A stretch of DNA of 64,000 nucleotides from contig CAVYBU010000004.1 of the NCBI GenBank assembly GCA_963766735.1, positions 64,001 to 128,000 on the forward strand, written 5' to 3'. Both the position numbers and the translations under genes were made by a program. The notes beneath the pieces were generated by a model. The model had not been told where the DNA came from. It saw nothing but the letters and a program-made list of their open reading frames with translations, and did not search any database. Of this stretch, positions 40,321 to 53,177 are shown piece by piece. The DNA comes from an uncultured Chloroflexia bacterium. Its GTDB lineage: Bacteria; Chloroflexota; Limnocylindria; Limnocylindrales; CSP1-4. The first letter of the stretch is position 1, and every line of letters begins with the position of its first letter.

Positions 40321-41652
40321 TCAGGTCGCGTCGGGCGCGACGACCCTCCGGTTGGCGAGGACAAGGACGGCGAGGCCCCCGGCGCCCGCTATCGCGGACG
40401 CCACGAGGATTCCCAGCTTGGCTGCCTCCAGCATCGCCCCCTCCGGGAACGCCAGCTCGGAGACGAAGAGCGACATCGTGAACCCGATCCCGCCGAGCCA
40501 TGCCGCGCCGTACATGTGCCGCCAGCCGACGCCACGCGGCAGCGACGCGATCCCCGATCGCACGACGAGCCAGGCGGCGGCGATGATGCCGAGCTGCTTG
40601 CCCACCACGAGGCCCACCACGATGCCGATGACCAGAGGCTGGGACAGGGCGGAGCCGAGGTCCGATGGGATCCGGACGCCGGCGTTGGCGAACGCGAACA
40701 GCGGCACGATGATGAAGGCGACGAATGGCTCCAGGGCATGCTCCAGGCGCAGCATCGGCGCCTGGGCATGGTTCGTGATGTCCTCGAGCTCCCAGAGCGC
40801 CGCGTGTCGCTCCTTGATGCCCGCGTCGCTCCGGAACCGTGCCGCGACCTCGCGGAGCTGGTCGGCGGCCCGCTCCACGTACGAGGGACCATCGAGCCGC
40901 GTTCGCGCGGGGATCGTGAGCGCCAGCAATACGCCGGCGATCGTCGCGTGGACGCCCGACGCGTACACGGCGAGCCAGAGCAGCACGCCTGGGATCGCAT
41001 AGGCCGCCAGGCGCCGGACCCCGAGGAAGTTCATCACCATCAACAGGGCGACCAGGCCGCCCGCCGCGGCGGCGGCGCCCAGGTCGAGCTGGTCCGTGTA
41101 GAAGAGCGCGATGACCACCACGGCCAGCAGGTCGTCCACGATGGCGAGGGCCGTGAGGAAGATCCGCAGCCCGAGAGGCGCCAGGCCACGCAGCAGCGCG
41201 AGGACCCCGAGCGCGAATGCGATGTCGGTGGCCATCGGCACGCCCCAGCCGCGCGTCGCGGGCGAATCCAGCCCGACCACGAGGATGAAGATCAGCGCCG
41301 GGATCACGGCACCCCCCACTGCGGCCACGGCCGGCAGGGCCGCGCCGCGCACCGAGTCGAGCTCGCCGACGAGCACCTCGCGCTTGATCTCGAGGCCGAT
41401 CACCAGGAAGAAGATCGCCATCAACGCGTCGTTTACCCAGAAGTGCAGGTCACGGGTCAGGTCGAACCCGGCGAGGCTGATCCCAAGCTCCGTGTGCAAC
41501 AGGGCGTCGTACGAGGCGGCCCAGGGAGAGTTGACCCAGACAAGGGCAACAATGGTGGCGAGCATGAGCAGCACGCCGCCAGATGCGCTGCCATCCGTGA
41601 ACGCCCGCAGCGGCGCCAGGATCCTGTCGATGGGTTGGGGCTCCTGTGTCAT
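40321..41652 (-). CDS. nhaA: Na+/H+ antiporter
   Basis: WVNDALMAIFF, GLEIKRE, ATDIAF, LAIVDD, SGVHAT, GIGFTMSLF. Confidence 0.95.
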   Translation of the reverse strand: MTQEPQPIDRILAPLRAFTDGSASGGVLLMLATIVALVWVNSPWAASYDALLHTELGISLAGFDLTRDLHFWVNDALMAIFFLVIGLEIKREVLVGELDSVRGAALPAVAAVGGAVIPALIFILVVGLDSPATRGWGVPMATDIAFALGVLALLRGLAPLGLRIFLTALAIVDDLLAVVVIALFYTDQLDLGAAAAAGGLVALLMVMNFLGVRRLAAYAIPGVLLWLAVYASGVHATIAGVLLALTIPARTRLDGPSYVERAADQLREVAARFRSDAGIKERHAALWELEDITNHAQAPMLRLEHALEPFVAFIIVPLFAFANAGVRIPSDLGSALSQPLVIGIVVGLVVGKQLGIIAAAWLVVRSGIASLPRGVGWRHMYGAAWLGGIGFTMSLFVSELAFPEGAMLEAAKLGILVASAIAGAGGLAVLVLANRRVVAPDAT

Positions 41653-41843
41653 AGCGCCATGATCGCTGATGCGAGCCGTTCGCGAGACGTCGCGAGCGAA
41701 GCCCCTCGACGCGCCAGACGCGGGGGCCGATCCCGGGCGGACGCAACGTCACCGCAACCGGGCGCGACCAAGACGGTTCTGCCTCGGTCCCGCCTGCGCG
41801 CGCTGACTGGCGTACGCGTGGCCGCGAACCTCCGCGCATCACG

Positions 41844-42251
41844 GTGCCGATCCCCATGGGTCCGGCTGGCAGCGCGCGTGGCGGGCTTGCGATCGGCCTG
41901 ATCGCCGGCGACCTCTGCTATGGCGCCACGCTCCGCCGTGAGCGGGTCCGCATCGACGACGCCCTCGACGTGTTCGCCGTCCACGGCGTGGGAGGCATGT
42001 TCGGCGCGGTGATCACGGGCGTGTTCGCAACCACCGCGATCAACGCGCTGGGCCGCGGCGCCATCGACGGCAACCCGGGGCAGATCCTGGTCCAGCTCGT
42101 CGCCGTGGGTGCAACGATCACGTATGCGGTGGGTGCCACCCTCGTCATCGTCAAGCTCGTGGATCTTCTGCTCGGCCTCCGGGTCCCGGCCCACGAGGAG
42201 GAGATGGGTCTTGATCTGTCGGTCCACGGCGAGGTCGCATACCAGGCCTGA
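41844..42251 (+). pseudogene. amt: C-terminal remnant of an ammonium transporter
   Basis: IDDALDVFAVHGVGG, GLRV..EE..GLDLSVHGEVAY; roughly the N-terminal two thirds are missing. Confidence 0.78.
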
Positions 42252-42477
42252 CCGAGCTCGCAGGCTGCAGGCGCCACGGAAGCCCGCGGCCTGCAACCCA
42301 AACGCAACCGGGTCGTCGCCGCCGCGGTGTCGTCGCGGGCGCGCCGCCCGGCGCACGATCCACGCCCGGCAAGGGATCCGTCCCGACCCGGTACGTCCAG
42401 CGGATCCGATCGCGGTCCGTCCGCCCCTCCGGCCTTCGCAGGCCCCTCGTCCGACTCGCGAACGGAAGGACTCCAAC

Positions 42478-42696
42478 ATGACCTACCCCGCCTACAACAC
42501 CGACGGGCTCATCGGCTCCGAGGAAGGTGTCAGCAGCCCCGTGACCTGTTCGTCCTGCGGTTGTCGCCTGGAGCATGCCGCCGATCTCAACGGGTGGCTC
42601 CACTTCGCACCGATGGCCGGCCGCGACGCCCGCGGTTGTCGCGTCGCCTGCGCCGACCAGGTGCACGACGCCCGGGGATACGCCCTCTCCGGCTAG
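42478..42696 (+). CDS. Small Cys/His-rich hypothetical protein (72 aa)
   Basis: SD GAAGGA, ATG start, GC3-rich codons; CSSCGC..H..CRVAC..H. Confidence 0.65.
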   Translation: MTYPAYNTDGLIGSEEGVSSPVTCSSCGCRLEHAADLNGWLHFAPMAGRDARGCRVACADQVHDARGYALSG

Positions 42697-42778
42697 TGCC
42701 GCCGGAATGGTGACCCCTCCACCACACCGACGCGACCCCGGGCCAGCCCCCGGGGTCGTTTCGATTCCAACCGGGAAC

Positions 42779-43504
42779 TCAGGCGGCCTCGTCGGCCTCG
42801 ATCCGGTACCCGACGGAGCGGACGGCGACGATGCGCGGACCGCCGACGGCCTCCAGCTTCGATCGCAGGCGCGCGAGGTGCGGCTTGAGCCACAGCAGGT
42901 CGGGATCCGGCTCCGCGGGCCACCCGGCGCGGGCCAGGCGATGGTGGGCCACGAGATCGCCCCCGGCTCGGACGAGCGCCTCCAGCAGGCGGAACTCCGT
43001 GGGCGTGAGACTCAGGGCGATCGCCCCGACCCGCGCCTCGTGGCGTGCGGGCTCCAGCGTGAGCGAGCCGGCCGCCAGGACGGACTGCGCGCCTTCGCCG
43101 CTCCCGGAGCCGCGGCCGGTCCCGGCCAGGTCCACCCGGCGCATGACCGCGGAGATCCGGGCCAGCAGCTCCTGCTTGCCGAAGGGCTTGACCAGGTAGT
43201 CGTCCGCGCCGATGCCCAGCGCCTTGACCTTGGCGGCCTCGGCGCTCTCGCCGGATACCACGAGCACCGGGACGTTCCCCGATGCGCGCAGCTGGCCGAT
43301 GACGGTGAACCCGTCCGGGCCCGGCATCGCCAGGTCCAGGAGGACGAGATCCGGCCGCTCCTCCCGAAACCGCTTGACGGCGGTCAGTCCGTCGTAGGCG
43401 GTGATGACCTGGTGGCCCTCGGTGCCGACCAGGGCGGTGATGGCGCCAACCATCGCGGGGTCGTCGTCCACGACCAGGATCCGGAGGGGTCGTGTCCCTA
43501 GCAT
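42779..43504 (-). CDS. OmpR/KdpE-family response regulator (no kinase in window)
   Basis: ILVVDDD, LLDLAMP, GADDYLVKPF, LTPTEF, VRSVGYR. Confidence 0.92.
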   Translation of the reverse strand: MLGTRPLRILVVDDDPAMVGAITALVGTEGHQVITAYDGLTAVKRFREERPDLVLLDLAMPGPDGFTVIGQLRASGNVPVLVVSGESAEAAKVKALGIGADDYLVKPFGKQELLARISAVMRRVDLAGTGRGSGSGEGAQSVLAAGSLTLEPARHEARVGAIALSLTPTEFRLLEALVRAGGDLVAHHRLARAGWPAEPDPDLLWLKPHLARLRSKLEAVGGPRIVAVRSVGYRIEADEAA

Positions 43505-43651
43505 CTCGTCCTGCCTCTCTCTAGCGGAACAAGCGTAGGCGCCATCGCTACCTTCGTTGGTTGCGGGGAGGTACCGGGACAGTGCCCTTGCAGTCGAACC
43601 GTAACCCGTGACGGCTGGCGATGCATCCGCTGACAAGCCATCATCTCCCGC

Positions 43652-46600
43652 ATGGCCCCCAGCGTCCCGCGTGCCACTCGTTCCTCGCCGCCGGGTGATC
43701 ACCTGCCTGCGGCGCCGCGGCGCGGGGCGGAGAACCGGTTTGCCGCCGTCGCCGCGGAGCCACCCGGCCCCGGCATGGGCCGGGCCAGGGATCCCGTCGC
43801 CCACGAGGTCCGCCTGCTGGGAGCGCTGCTCGGGCAGGTGATCGCGGAGCAGGGCGGTCCGGACCTGTTCGCTCTCGTCGAGCGGATCCGTCGCCGCACC
43901 ATCACGCTCCGCCGCGGCGGGTCCGGGGCGCCCCCGGAGCCGGACCTGGAGCGCAAGCGCCTGACGTCGGAGATCGCGGCCCTGGACCTTGGGCGGGCGG
44001 CCGAGGTGGTCAAGGCATTCACCCTCTACTTCCAGCTGGTCAACCTCGCCGAGGAGCGCAATCGCATTCGCGTCCTGCGCAACCATGCCCGACAAGCGCA
44101 CGGTGACGCGATCGACGGCTCGATCGGCGAGGCAGTCCGACTGCTTGCCGCGACCCGCGGCGCCGCCGGAGTGGAGGCCCTCCTGGGTCGCGTCGCCGTC
44201 CACTCCGTGCTCACGGCCCACCCCACCGAGGCTCGGCGTCGGACACTCCTGGTGGCCCTGCGCCGGATCCGTCGGTTGCTCGATGGGCTCGACGCGCCGC
44301 TCATGACACCAGATGAAGACGCCGACCTGCGGCGCCGGATCCGCGAGGAGATCTCCCTGCTCTGGCATACGGGCGGCGTGCGCGCCGTGGCCCCGACGCC
44401 ACTGGACGAGGTGCGGTCGGCGCTGGCGATCTTCGACGAGACGCTGTTCACCGTCGTGCCCCGGTTCCAGCGGGCCGTCGACCGCGCGCTGGATGCCGCG
44501 ACCGCCGGCGATCGGGGGTCCGGCGAGCCCGCCGGCACAGCTCCCGAGCCAGCCGGAACAGCTCTGCGGCCCGTGTATGCCGGCGACTCCGGCAGGACGG
44601 GGACGCGGCCCGTGGCGGCCCCCGCGCTTCTCCGGTTCGGCTCGTGGATCGGCGCAGACCGGGACGGGCACCCGGGGGTGACCTCGGATGTGACGCTCGA
44701 CGCCGCGCGGCTCCAGGCGGAGCACCTGTTCCGTGGCTACGAGGCGGTGGCCTCTCGCCTGATGCAGACGATCGCGGCGCGGGTTCCACCGCATCGGATC
44801 GACCGGGCGCTCGGGAGCCGGTTGGCGCGCGATGCCGAGGAGCTGCCCGAGACCATGCGCCAGCTGCGGCGCCGCTTCCCCGAGGAGCCGTACCGGCAGC
44901 GGCTGGGCGCCATCGCGGAGCGGCTGCGGCGGACCCGGGCGGCGCTCACCGGCCAGGCGGCTCCACGCAGCGGCGGCTATCCCGATGCCGGCGCGCTCGA
45001 CCGAGAGCTCGCGGAGGTCCAGGACGCGCTGGCCGCCGACGGGCTGGCGCGGGTGGCACACGGCCAGCTCGCCGACCTGCGCTGGCAGCTCGCCACGTAC
45101 GGGTTCCACCTGGCGTCACTGGAGGTCCGCCAGCACGCGGGCGTCCACCGGGCGGCCCTGGAGGCGTTGCGCACGGGCGCGGGACCGGACACGGAGGTCG
45201 CGGCGGGTGTTTCCCTGGGCGAGGTGCTGGCCACGTTCCGGTCCATCGCCCGCCTCCAGGGTCGCCACGGCGTGGCGGCCTGCCACCGCTACGTGATCTC
45301 GTTCACCACGTCCCCCCAGGACGTTGCCAACGTGCTGGAGCTGGCGCGCCGCGCCTCGGAACCGGAGCCGTTCGGGTCGCCGGCGCCGGCGCTGGCCGAT
45401 CTGCCGCCGTCGCTGCCCGTGCTGGACGTGGTGCCGCTGCTGGAATCCGCGGACGCGCTGGCGGGGGCCGGGGGCCTGCTGGACGCACTCCTGTCAGATC
45501 CCGCCTACCGCGCCCACGTCCGGGAACGGGGGGGTGCCCAGGAAGTCATGCTCGGCTACTCGGATTCATCGAAGGAGAGCGGGTTCCTCGCCGCCAACTG
45601 GCTCCTGTACCGGGCCCAGGAGGCGCTGGTCGCCACTGCGCGGCGACACGGAATCGCGCTCACGCTGTTCCATGGACGGGGCGGCGCCATCGGGCGGGGC
45701 GGTGGTCCCGCGAACCGGGCGATCCTGGCGCAGGCCGCGGGCTCCGTGGACGGCCGTCTCAAATTCACCGAGCAGGGCGAGGTCATCGCGGCCCACTACG
45801 CGGACGTGACGATCGCGCAGCGCCACCTGGAACAGGTGACGTCGGCTGCACTGCTCGCCTCGACGCCCGAGCACGAAGCGGAGGTTGCCAGCGCATCGGC
45901 GGCAGGAGCGGGCACGATGGCGGAGCTGACGGCGATATCCCGGACCGCCTACCGCGCGCTCGTGGAGCACCCGACGTTCGGCTCGTTCTTCCGCGCCGCC
46001 ACGCCCATCGACCTCATCGCCGGGCTGGGACTTGGTTCGCGGCCTTCATCCAGGCCCGCCTCGCGACCATCATCCAGACCCGGCGCTCGGCCCGGCACCG
46101 GGCAGGCGGCCCGGGCTGCATCGGCCTCCCCTGGGTGGGCCGTCGGCGCGTCGGCCGACCCGGTCCTGCGCGGCGAGGAGGTCGCCTCGCTCCGCGCGAT
46201 CCCGTGGGTGTTCGCCTGGTCGCAGGCTCGCGCGAACGTGCCGGGCTGGTACGGCCTGGGAACGGCGCTGGAGGCGGTGACCGCGCGAGGCGGCCGGGAG
46301 ATGGTCGATCACCTCGCGGAGCTCTACCGTGGCTGGCCGTTCTTCGCCTCCGTCCTGGACAACGCAGAGCTCTCGCTGGCCAAGGCAGACCTCGGCACAT
46401 TCCGGCGGTACGCGGACCTCGCCTCGGGTCCCGAGGCAACGGCGATGCGGGGCATGATCGAGGCGGAGCACGCGAGATCGGTCCGCATGCTGCTCCTGGT
46501 CACCGGGCGGGACCGGTTGCTGGCAGGCGACACGGACCTTGCCCGCTCCATCGAGTTGCGCAACCCGTACATCGATGCGTTGTCGGCCGTCCAGGTGGAG

Positions 46601-46714
46601 CTGCTCGGCCGGCTCCGGGATCCATCGCTCGACGCGCGCAGCGCGACTGCCACCAGGGCCGTCATCGGTGCGACCATCAATGGGATCGCCGCGGGTCTCC
46701 AGAACACCGGCTAG
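43652..46714 (+). CDS. ppc: Phosphoenolpyruvate carboxylase
   Basis: VLTAHPTE, SWIGADRDG, VMLGYSDSSKE, FHGRGG..GRGG, LRAIPWVFAWSQ, LRNPY, GLQNTG; start uncertain. Confidence 0.93.
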   Translation: MAPSVPRATRSSPPGDHLPAAPRRGAENRFAAVAAEPPGPGMGRARDPVAHEVRLLGALLGQVIAEQGGPDLFALVERIRRRTITLRRGGSGAPPEPDLERKRLTSEIAALDLGRAAEVVKAFTLYFQLVNLAEERNRIRVLRNHARQAHGDAIDGSIGEAVRLLAATRGAAGVEALLGRVAVHSVLTAHPTEARRRTLLVALRRIRRLLDGLDAPLMTPDEDADLRRRIREEISLLWHTGGVRAVAPTPLDEVRSALAIFDETLFTVVPRFQRAVDRALDAATAGDRGSGEPAGTAPEPAGTALRPVYAGDSGRTGTRPVAAPALLRFGSWIGADRDGHPGVTSDVTLDAARLQAEHLFRGYEAVASRLMQTIAARVPPHRIDRALGSRLARDAEELPETMRQLRRRFPEEPYRQRLGAIAERLRRTRAALTGQAAPRSGGYPDAGALDRELAEVQDALAADGLARVAHGQLADLRWQLATYGFHLASLEVRQHAGVHRAALEALRTGAGPDTEVAAGVSLGEVLATFRSIARLQGRHGVAACHRYVISFTTSPQDVANVLELARRASEPEPFGSPAPALADLPPSLPVLDVVPLLESADALAGAGGLLDALLSDPAYRAHVRERGGAQEVMLGYSDSSKESGFLAANWLLYRAQEALVATARRHGIALTLFHGRGGAIGRGGGPANRAILAQAAGSVDGRLKFTEQGEVIAAHYADVTIAQRHLEQVTSAALLASTPEHEAEVASASAAGAGTMAELTAISRTAYRALVEHPTFGSFFRAATPIDLIAGLGLGSRPSSRPASRPSSRPGARPGTGQAARAASASPGWAVGASADPVLRGEEVASLRAIPWVFAWSQARANVPGWYGLGTALEAVTARGGREMVDHLAELYRGWPFFASVLDNAELSLAKADLGTFRRYADLASGPEATAMRGMIEAEHARSVRMLLLVTGRDRLLAGDTDLARSIELRNPYIDALSAVQVELLGRLRDPSLDARSATATRAVIGATINGIAAGLQNTG

Positions 46715-46744
46715 CGCGGCGACGAGACGCTCCTGGAGGACACG

Positions 46745-47863
46745 ATGCGCGAGGTCGACGCGGCTGTCATCGAACGGGCCGGCGTACCGGTCTCCATCGA
46801 GACGCTGTCACTCGCGGACCCGGGCCCGGACGAGGTCCTGGTGCGCATGACCTCGGCCGGCGTCTGCCACTCCGACCTCCACGTGCGCGACGGACACTGG
46901 AAGCGCCCGGGGCCAATCGTCATGGGGCACGAGGGCGCCGCCGTCGTCGAGGCGGTCGGTCCAGGGGTCGATGGGTCCATCGTCGGGCGGTCCGTCGCCC
47001 TGTCCTGGTATGCCCCGTGCCTGCGGTGTCGCGAATGCCAGCGGGGCCGCCAGTGGCTCTGCTCGGGCTCCCCGTCCCTCCGCCACGCACAGGCCGACGG
47101 CACCACGCGCCTGTCCCGTCCCGACGGCACGCCCGTTCTCGCCTACCTGTCGATCGGGACGATGGCGTCCGCACAGGTCGTGCCCGCGACGGCCGTCGTG
47201 CCGATGCCCGACGGTGTCTCCCCCGAGGTCGCGGCGCTCATCGGCTGCGGCGTCTCGACCGGTGTCGGGGCGGTGGTCAAGACCGCCGAGGTCCCGGCCG
47301 GCGCCACGGTTGCGGTCATCGGGCTCGGCGGCGTCGGGCTCTCGTGCGTGATGGGGGCGGCGCTCGCTGGCGCCTCCCGGATCATCGCGGTGGACGTCAG
47401 CGCGGGAAAGATCGACCTTGCCGGCGACCTCGGGGCAACGCACCGGATCCTCGCCGACCCGGCCGACCCCACCGCGACAGTGGACGCGATCCGCACCGCC
47501 GCAGGGCACGGCGGCCCGGACTTCGTGTTCGAGGCCATCGGGCTGCCGGCGACCATCTCCGAGGCGATCGCCTCGCTGCCCCCGGGCGGGACCGCCGTGC
47601 TGGTCGGCCTCACGCGGTTCGGGCAGGACGCGTCGTTCGAGGCGTTCCCGTTCGTGGACGGAGGGCGGCGGATCCTGGGCTCAAACTACGGGTCCGCGGT
47701 GGCCGCCATCGACTTCCCGAAGTACGCGGAGGCCTACCTGGCCGGACGCCTGCCGATCGACCGGCTGATCGACCGCCGCCTCCCGCTGGAGGACCTCGAG
47801 GACGCGTTCGATCGGCTGCGCTCCGGCGGCGCGGCGCGCCAGATGGTGATGTTCCAGGTGTAG
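46745..47863 (+). CDS. Zn-dependent alcohol dehydrogenase (class III-like)
   Basis: GVCHSD, GHEGA, CxxCxxC...C, GCGVSTG, GLGGVG. Confidence 0.9.
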   Translation: MREVDAAVIERAGVPVSIETLSLADPGPDEVLVRMTSAGVCHSDLHVRDGHWKRPGPIVMGHEGAAVVEAVGPGVDGSIVGRSVALSWYAPCLRCRECQRGRQWLCSGSPSLRHAQADGTTRLSRPDGTPVLAYLSIGTMASAQVVPATAVVPMPDGVSPEVAALIGCGVSTGVGAVVKTAEVPAGATVAVIGLGGVGLSCVMGAALAGASRIIAVDVSAGKIDLAGDLGATHRILADPADPTATVDAIRTAAGHGGPDFVFEAIGLPATISEAIASLPPGGTAVLVGLTRFGQDASFEAFPFVDGGRRILGSNYGSAVAAIDFPKYAEAYLAGRLPIDRLIDRRLPLEDLEDAFDRLRSGGAARQMVMFQV

Positions 47864-47926
47864 CGGCGAGGCAATGCTCCCGGCCCGGAGCGCGACTGGC
47901 AAGGGACCGGTCACCCGTCCGGAACG

Positions 47927-47962
47927 GCACAACGGCCCCCTCTGGTGAGGGAGCCGTTGTGC
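47927..47962. terminator. Hairpin between convergent adh and ppdK
   Basis: GCACAACGGC-CCCCTC-TGGT-GAGGGA-GCCGTTGTGC. Confidence 0.65.
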
Positions 47963-48005
47963 TCGACGTGCGTTGGAGGCCGGGCGCGGGACGCCCGGCA
48001 GCGGG

Positions 48006-50819
<2,814 letters not shown>

Positions 50820-50943
50820 CGCGTGGGGCTCCTTGGCTGGCGGACGAGCGTGCGCCGTGGCGGCGCGATCCGCGGATTCACCTCTCGGGGATTGCCTGAA
50901 TTGTACGCCGAGCGCCGGGATCGGCTGGGTTGCACCAGGGTTG

Positions 50944-50975
50944 CGTTCGCGTGGGCCGATGTGCCCACGCGAACG
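50944..50975. repeat. Perfect 13-bp inverted repeat between divergent ppdK and fpr
   Basis: CGTTCGCGTGGGC-CGATGT-GCCCACGCGAACG. Confidence 0.75.
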
Positions 50976-51161
50976 GGCCGTTCGGTTCGCCGCCGGGAGC
51001 CGAGCGGGGGTGGTCGGGTCCAGGGACGCCCGCCGGGTGCACGGATCGGGGCCGCGACCCCAATCGGACCGGGATCGGTCGGACAGCCCGGCGGTACACT
51101 TTCACAAGCCGCCATCCGGAATCCAGCGGCCGTCTGCGACCCTCCTGCAGGAGCCGATCCC

Positions 51162-51971
51162 GTGACCCAGCCCGACCACGACACCCGCGTCATCGAGCAG
51201 GACGCCGAGGCGTACAACGCAACGCTCCTCACCCGCGAGGACATCGGTCCCGACCTCGGCTACTTCCGGGTCAAGCTGGACGGCCCACCCGTGCCCTTCG
51301 AGCCCGGCCAGTACATGACGATCGGCGTCGTCGCGGACGGCAAGATGCTGCAGCGTCCGTACTCGGTGGCGTCGGCTCCCGCGGTCTCGGGAACGGACGG
51401 CTACGAGTTCTTCGTCCGACACGTGCCCATCGTCCGGTTCACGACTGCCCTGTGGCGGCTCCCCGTCGGCCAGCGGATGCGCATGATCGGGCCCAAGGGC
51501 AAGTTCATGCTCGAACCGGACGACAACCGGACTCACCTGTACGTGTCCACCGGCACCGGCATCGCCCCGTTCATCGCCATGGTCCGCGAGACCATGGCCC
51601 ACGGGAAGCCACGCAAGACCGTGATGCTCAACGGGGTCTCGTTCTCGGACGAGCTGGGCTATCGAGTGGAGCTGGAGGCCTGGCAGCAGGACCCCGCCTA
51701 CCGGCTCACCTACGTGCCGACGGTCTCGCGACCCAACGACCCGAGGAATGCGGGCTGGACGGGCAGGGTCGGGCGCGCCGAGCAGGTCATCACGGACACG
51801 TGCAAGGACCTGGGCCTCAAGCCCGACAGGACCGTGGTCTACATCTGCGGCAACCCGGAGATGATCCTCAACGTGGAGCGGGTCCTGATGGACCGCGGGT
51901 TCCCGGAGTTCCACGTGAAGAAGGAGCTCTACTGGCCGAAGGGGAAGGCACCGGCGCCCACCCCCGGCTGA
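51162..51971 (+). CDS. fpr: Ferredoxin--NADP+ reductase
   Basis: FEPGQY, RPYSVAS, GPKGKF, TGTGIAPF, YICGNPEM, ELYW. Confidence 0.88.
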   Translation: MTQPDHDTRVIEQDAEAYNATLLTREDIGPDLGYFRVKLDGPPVPFEPGQYMTIGVVADGKMLQRPYSVASAPAVSGTDGYEFFVRHVPIVRFTTALWRLPVGQRMRMIGPKGKFMLEPDDNRTHLYVSTGTGIAPFIAMVRETMAHGKPRKTVMLNGVSFSDELGYRVELEAWQQDPAYRLTYVPTVSRPNDPRNAGWTGRVGRAEQVITDTCKDLGLKPDRTVVYICGNPEMILNVERVLMDRGFPEFHVKKELYWPKGKAPAPTPG

Positions 51972-52076
51972 TCCGGGGCGGACCGTCGGCTGATCCGGCG
52001 GCGCGCCCTCTGTCTCGCGAACCCACGCTCAGATACGCGCCCAGGGGCTCGAGCGGGCACGCGCCCCAACGCAGGG

Positions 52077-52844
52077 TCAGATCCGGCCGAGCAGCTCCGT
52101 CTTCTTGGTGTCGTACTCCTCCGGAGTGATTGCGCCCGAGTCACGGAGCTGGGCGAGCGACGCCAGGGTCTTGGTGACGTCGTCGGCCGTCGGCTCGGGT
52201 GCCGGAGCGGGCGCGGCCGGCGCGGACATCGGTGCCACCGGAGCGGCCGGGGGGGGCGTCACGGGTGCCGCGGCGCGGATCGGCGGCGTGGTGGTCCGTG
52301 GCGTGTTGATCGTGACCATGCGCTCGGTCTTCGCTTCCATCAGGGCCGTCTTGAACCCGATCGGGTCACGCAGGGCCCGCAGGTCCTCGATGCCTGCCTC
52401 CGACGCCGTCATGAACACCAGGTCGCCGAAGCCGAGCATCCGGCCGAGCCAGGGGATCGTGATCTGGGCATCCGTGATGTTCTCGAGCGAGCTGTCCGAG
52501 GACTGCTTGTTGATGACGCCCTTGACGTGCATCACGCGAACGTCCGTCAGGACGTACTCCTGCGTCTGCCACTGGACGACCGACCACACGAACCCGACGA
52601 TCGCGATGAGGATCGCGGCGAAGGTCACCCACCCGACGAGCGTGTCCAGCACGCCGATGACGCTATCGATGACCGACGTGCCGTCTGAACGCAGCACGAA
52701 GGAGCTGATCAGGAAGCCGACGATCCCGACCACGACGGCAATCGCCACCCACTTGCCGGCGATGAGAAATGGGAAGATCCAGTGCTGGCGCTCGCGGCGC
52801 ATGATTGTCTCGCCAGGTGCCAGCAGACGCTCCGCGTACGCCAT
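52077..52844 (-). CDS. Membrane protein with bacterial PH domain and C-terminal SHOCT domain
   Basis: Two TM helices, YVLTDVR..GVI, GRMLGFGD, LAQLRDSGAITPEEYDTKK. Confidence 0.82.
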   Translation of the reverse strand: MAYAERLLAPGETIMRRERQHWIFPFLIAGKWVAIAVVVGIVGFLISSFVLRSDGTSVIDSVIGVLDTLVGWVTFAAILIAIVGFVWSVVQWQTQEYVLTDVRVMHVKGVINKQSSDSSLENITDAQITIPWLGRMLGFGDLVFMTASEAGIEDLRALRDPIGFKTALMEAKTERMVTINTPRTTTPPIRAAAPVTPPPAAPVAPMSAPAAPAPAPEPTADDVTKTLASLAQLRDSGAITPEEYDTKKTELLGRI

Positions 52845-53177
52845 GTCCGTTGACCTCCCTCGGGATCGGCCCGCAGCCGCGTGCCGCCTCATCATGTCGT
52901 GTTCGACGCCCCGTCCGACTCCTTGACGGCGCACCAGTGATGCTCGCACGCCGGGCGCCCGTTTGCACGCTGCAAACGCCTCATGTCGCGCTGCCCAATG
53001 CGTCAGGCCGGAAACCGCCCCCGCCGGCCCGGCGGGGTACCCTTGCGGCAGCGTTCAGCGCCGGTCGGCCCGCGTCCGTCGTGACCTTCGGACCCTGTGG
53101 CGGGGCCATGGGCAGGTAACGCGGGCGCGACCATGTAGGCGACGATCCGGCGGTCACGAAGTATCAGCGAGGTTCCA

